From sequence record MW735835.1: a stretch of DNA of 64,000 bases, one strand, 5' to 3'. Each line of letters opens with the position of its first letter. The first letter of the stretch is position 1. Positions 62,747 to 64,000 of the stretch are shown here, piece after piece. The translations under genes were made by a program, and so were the position numbers. The notes under the pieces are model-generated. The model was not told the DNA's origin. It worked only from the letters and a program-made list of their open reading frames with translations, and ran no database searches. The DNA comes from Pseudomonas phage pPa_SNUABM_DT01.

Positions 62747-64000
62747 TTAGGCCGGGTTTTCCAGGCCGTCAGCAGCGGTGTCGAACGCGTCAGTCAGCGC
62801 CAGGGCCAGAGCCTCGATGTCCGAGGTGTTCTGAGCGATGGCGGTGTTCAGCGGAGCGTTCGCAGCAGCGATGGCAGCATCGCGCTCGCTTTCCACGGTA
62901 GCCAGGGTTTTACCGCCCAGCTTCGCGGAGTCGGCAGCCTGCTCGGTTTTGCCGAGTTTGCCGTCGATGACCAGAGTCAGCGCCGCGACGGCGTCGTTCT
63001 GGTTGGCCAGGGCATCGGCCAGTTCCTTCAGGGTGTCGAGGGCAGTCGGAGCGCCGTCCACCAGAGCAGCGATGGCACCGTCAACCGAAGCCTTCAGACC
63101 CAGGGCGGTGATGTACTTGACATCGTCGGTACCAGCGATGGCTTCAGCAGTGGAAGCCTTGGCAGCGATGAACGCGTCCAGGGCGGTCTGAACAGCGGTG
63201 ATGCTGTCAGCGTTGTTGCCATCGGCAGCTTGCAGAGCAGCGATCAGAGCGGTCAGGGTCTGACCACCGACGCTGTACTGGCCGAAGTCGTCGGTCTTCA
63301 GAACGACGTTGCCCAGGTCGACTTCACCGGACGCCATGGCCACCACTTCGAGCAGGGTCTTACCTTCGAGCTTCGCGGAGTCCGCGGCGGTCTCGGTCTT
63401 ACCCAGCTTGTTCGGCAGCTCAGCCGCAGCGGCAGCAGCGGCAGCAGCCGCGCCATCGGCGGTAGCCTGAGCAGCTTGTGCAGCGGCAGCAGCAGCGCCG
63501 GTAGCAGCAACGCCGCTTTCCAGGTGCTGCTTGAGGGTCTTCGGATCGGTGCTGGCGGTCACGAAGTACGTGGTGCCATCAACGGCCGAAGCAGCGGTCA
63601 GGGCAGCGTCCAGAGCAGCGAGCACGCCGCTGTCCAGAGGCTCAGCCGGAGCTTCGAAGGTGCCGTTCAGGTCGGGGTCGACTTGAACAGTCAGTTCGCC
63701 AGCGTTGCGCACTACCGAGTAGGTAGCGGTACCAGCGTTGACTTCAGCAGCGACGTAGACAACTTCGTCGCTGGCCACGGCTACCGGGTTGGCACCCAGG
63801 TCGCTGGTCGCGGTCAGGAAGTTGGAGCCTTCGCCAACTTGGGCTTCCAGCGCGGTAACGCGGTCGTCCAGCGGGTCAACGGCAGCAGCGATCTTCGCAT
63901 CGGCTGCGGTGTTGGCAGCAGCCAGCGCAGCGTCGGCTTTGGCTTGGGCGCCAGCCGGGGTTTCCTTGGTACCGATCTCGGACATCAGGGTGTTGATGAT
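62747..64000 (-). CDS. tail-fibre-like Ala-rich protein, partial (N-terminus beyond window end)
   Basis: Repeats 'LGKTETAADSAKLEGKTL' and 'LGKTEQAADSAKLGGKTL' typical of phage side-tail-fibre repeat units; ORF open to the window edge. Confidence 0.55.
   Translation of the reverse strand: MINTLMSEIGTKETPAGAQAKADAALAAANTAADAKIAAAVDPLDDRVTALEAQVGEGSNFLTATSDLGANPVAVASDEVVYVAAEVNAGTATYSVVRNAGELTVQVDPDLNGTFEAPAEPLDSGVLAALDAALTAASAVDGTTYFVTASTDPKTLKQHLESGVAATGAAAAAAQAAQATADGAAAAAAAAAAELPNKLGKTETAADSAKLEGKTLLEVVAMASGEVDLGNVVLKTDDFGQYSVGGQTLTALIAALQAADGNNADSITAVQTALDAFIAAKASTAEAIAGTDDVKYITALGLKASVDGAIAALVDGAPTALDTLKELADALANQNDAVAALTLVIDGKLGKTEQAADSAKLGGKTLATVESERDAAIAAANAPLNTAIAQNTSDIEALALALTDAFDTAADGLENPA

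Noticed and set aside
1-64000. CRISPR arrays, integrase/transposase, inverted terminal repeats of IS elements
   Set aside because: No spaced direct repeats of 25-40 nt, and no tyrosine/serine recombinase or DDE motifs were seen. The recurring hairpins are terminators with variable flanks, not mobile-element ends.

Overview
Dense, strongly plus-strand-biased, high-GC (~57%) block of a large virulent tailed phage of a Gram-negative host. It reads as a phage because of tail-fibre, collar, tail-fibre-assembly and spanin genes, very short or overlapping gene junctions, and more than 25 recurring 'GAGGAGGGC-TTCG-GCCCTCCTC'-type intergenic hairpins.

Recognisable genes, left to right:
- thymidylate kinase (123-797)
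- an AT-rich homing-endonuclease-like gene (3501-4181)
- a ThyA-family enzyme with two large insertions (10483-11904)
- an SPFH lipoprotein (12316-13017)
- a host-like multifunctional CCA-adding tRNA nucleotidyltransferase (14548-15858) next to an HD-domain protein
- a Tat-signal protein and a glycine-zipper secreted protein (17291-18040)
- a tail-fibre module: fibre, ~900-aa LamG fibre, collar-domain fibre, tandem paralogs, tail-fibre assembly protein (21237-30029)
- an SspB-like ClpX adaptor (31977-32492)
- NAD-dependent DNA ligase (32921-34915)
- DHFR (35955-36470)
- a Nudix hydrolase (40624-41052)
- a cluster of large unknown proteins containing an AAA+ ATPase and an HslV-like Ntn hydrolase (41374-48267)
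- a ~1-kb structured, probably non-coding locus (48270-49265)
- a histone H1-like KPAAKK-repeat protein (52734-53141)
- overlapping Rz/Rz1-type spanins (53221-54002)
- a SNF2/DExH helicase on the minus strand (57034-59154)
- an extremely acidic Gly/Asp-repeat protein (59199-60779)
- a partial minus-strand tail-fibre-like gene at the right edge

Two recurrent sequence motifs were found by eye: a ~26-nt promoter-like box 'TTTTCAACGATACATGATAGCAGTGA' (6 copies) and a translation-initiation box 'ATCAAGGAAT..ATG' (5-6 copies). There are also several sigma70-like TTGnnn-17/18-TACATT promoters sitting just downstream of terminator hairpins.

All homology statements are from memory of family motifs; no searches were run.
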